Shown: positions 62,472 through 64,000 of the stretch, piece after piece
Layout of the letters: every line of letters begins with the position of its first letter
Position numbering within the stretch: the stretch's first letter is position 1
Origin: Massalongia carnosa
Lineage: Eukaryota
Direction: 5' to 3'
Length of the DNA: 64,000 nucleotides
Assembly: GCA_965645245.1 (NCBI GenBank)
Contig: OZ287072.1
Coordinates: forward strand, 310,001-374,000
Notes under the pieces: model-generated
What the model saw: the letters and a program-made list of their open reading frames with translations, nothing else
Databases searched by the model: none
Told to the model about the DNA's origin: nothing
Position numbers and translations under genes: made by a program

Positions 62472-63412
62472 ATGTCGTGGTCTTATAAAAAGGTACTTGT
62501 GGTCGGAGCAACGAGCGGGATCGGAGAAGCGCTCGCTGCCCGTTGCATCGCTGCGGGATCCAATGTTATTGTCTCCGGCAGAAGAAGGGAGAAGCTAGAA
62601 GAGTTCGTACACAAGCATGGCCAAGACAAATCTGAAGCTGCGTCTTTGGACCTTGCTGAGCTTGATAGAATACCTGTATTTGCGGAACAGTCGGTGGCAA
62701 CACGTTTCACATTCATGACATCATGCATGACTAATACCATCCAATAGCATTATCAAAACCCATCCAGATTTGGACTGCATTATTCTGAACTCTGGGATTC
62801 AACGGAAGGTCGATTTCACCATACCTGAAAGCGTGGACATCTCGGCCATTCAGGAAGAGATCAATACCAATTATCTCAGCTATGTGGCTCTCACAAAAGC
62901 TTTCCTGCCATTTTTCCTAAGAAAGCAGGAGCAATCGGCTCTGATCTTGTAACACCATCCTCTTGCTCTAGACTTAATCATTGTGCTGACTTGTCTCTTA
63001 GCACATCCTCCGGATTAGCTTTGGTTCCCCTTTTGAGATGTCCAAACTACTGTGCTACAAAGGCCGCCTTGCACAGTCTTATCCTTGTTCTGCGTGAACA
63101 ATTGAAGGAATCCAGCATCAAGATCATCGAAATATTCCCACCTGCGGTCCAAAGTATGATTTCTCTGGCTGTAACTCGTCAACGATGCGCTAACGCTTCC
63201 CAGCCGAGTTGCATGATGAGAAGCACCAGCCAGACATTAAGAATGGGAGGCAAATTGGGATGCCATTGAATGAGTTTACTGACGAGGCATTTGCTGGCCT
63301 AAAGAAAGGCCTCGAGCAAATCCCCGTGGGTTTATCGAAAGAGTTTTTCGACGCCTTTGAGATTGACAGAAATGACGCATTTCACAGGATGATTAGATCC
63401 ATGACGACTTAG
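62472..63412 (+). CDS. Short-chain dehydrogenase/reductase (DltE-like), multi-exon
   Basis: Motifs VLVVGATSGIG, ILNSGIQR, TSSGLALVP, NYCATKAALH, IEIFPPAVQ/TELH and GMPL.EF, with three short introns. Confidence 0.88.
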
Positions 63413-63633
63413 GGATAGAGGTTGATGACGATTCGTGGCAACGCTTTTGGGGCATGGAGGACACTTTAAGGGATGAGAGAAAACATGAGGACCGTTTTCT
63501 GTGAGTTGGGGGAAAACCGCTTGGGAAATAGGCGAGGGTAAAATTCGTCGTTTGACCCCATGAGTCGGTTGTCTGTGCAGCGCCCTGTGACTCTTTTGAC
63601 TTCACAACGTGCTCTAATTGGCTTGGTACGCGA

Positions 63634-63863
63634 GTGACAAAATTAAATTTACACCGAAACTTTTTCCTCACCACAATCACCGGATTTTCCATCATAAACC
63701 GTAGCGTTTTTTTAGTTAATTTCACGAGTTTTTGAACTTCAATAATTAAATCAATAATCTGCCGTTCTGCCTTCATCATCAATCACTACTTGCAAACTTT
63801 TAGGCATTAAATCACGATGATTATGGTGAGGGGGGAATTTTGGTGTAAATTTAATTTTGTCAC
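63634..63863. mobile_element. MITE-like element of about 230 bp with long imperfect TIRs
   Basis: GTGACAAAATTAAATTTACACC (63634-63655) is perfectly inverted at 63842-63863, and similarity extends to about 50 bp (CCTCACCAYAATCA). The core is AT-rich and no clear TSD is visible. Confidence 0.7.
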
Positions 63864-64000
63864 CTGCAGTGGACGGATACCTGGATTGATCTCGTATCGG
63901 CCTCGCGCGAATAACAGAAATACGGCATACGAGACAGGCATGCATGCAACCTGTAGCGCCAACTCAGACTTGATCTGTGATCATTTCATTCATGATTTCA

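Overview
This window is eukaryotic DNA from a filamentous ascomycete (Pezizomycotina-type genes, short GT-AG introns with CTAAC/CTGAC branch points). It carries about 20 mostly housekeeping genes: APC amino-acid permease (partial), class I chitin synthase, LMW-PTP, MOT1-type transporter, uL22m, ORP1-like protein, MOV10/SDE3-type helicase, a hydrophobin-like secreted protein, RRP4, Rds1 ferritin-like protein, glutamine synthetase, MED1, XRCC2-like protein, Som1, TAF8, eIF2-beta, AIM24-domain protein, Lsb1/Pin3 and an SDR. There are also two pseudogenes. The most notable content is the mobile DNA. (1) An intact piggyBac-family element (1403-3570) has 5'-TCCC...GGGA-3' ends flanked by TA rather than TTAA, and an independent 93-bp MITE (20582-20674) shows the same termini and TA flanks. 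(2) An intact two-gene PIF/Harbinger-type (Pangu-like) element with an AGT duplication (57601-60441) is nested in a decayed pogo/Fot1 element (55904-60565). (3) Two further MITE-like elements are present. No rRNA, tRNA or CRISPR array was found. All family calls come from motif recognition by eye, and exon boundaries were inferred by hand; no database search was run.
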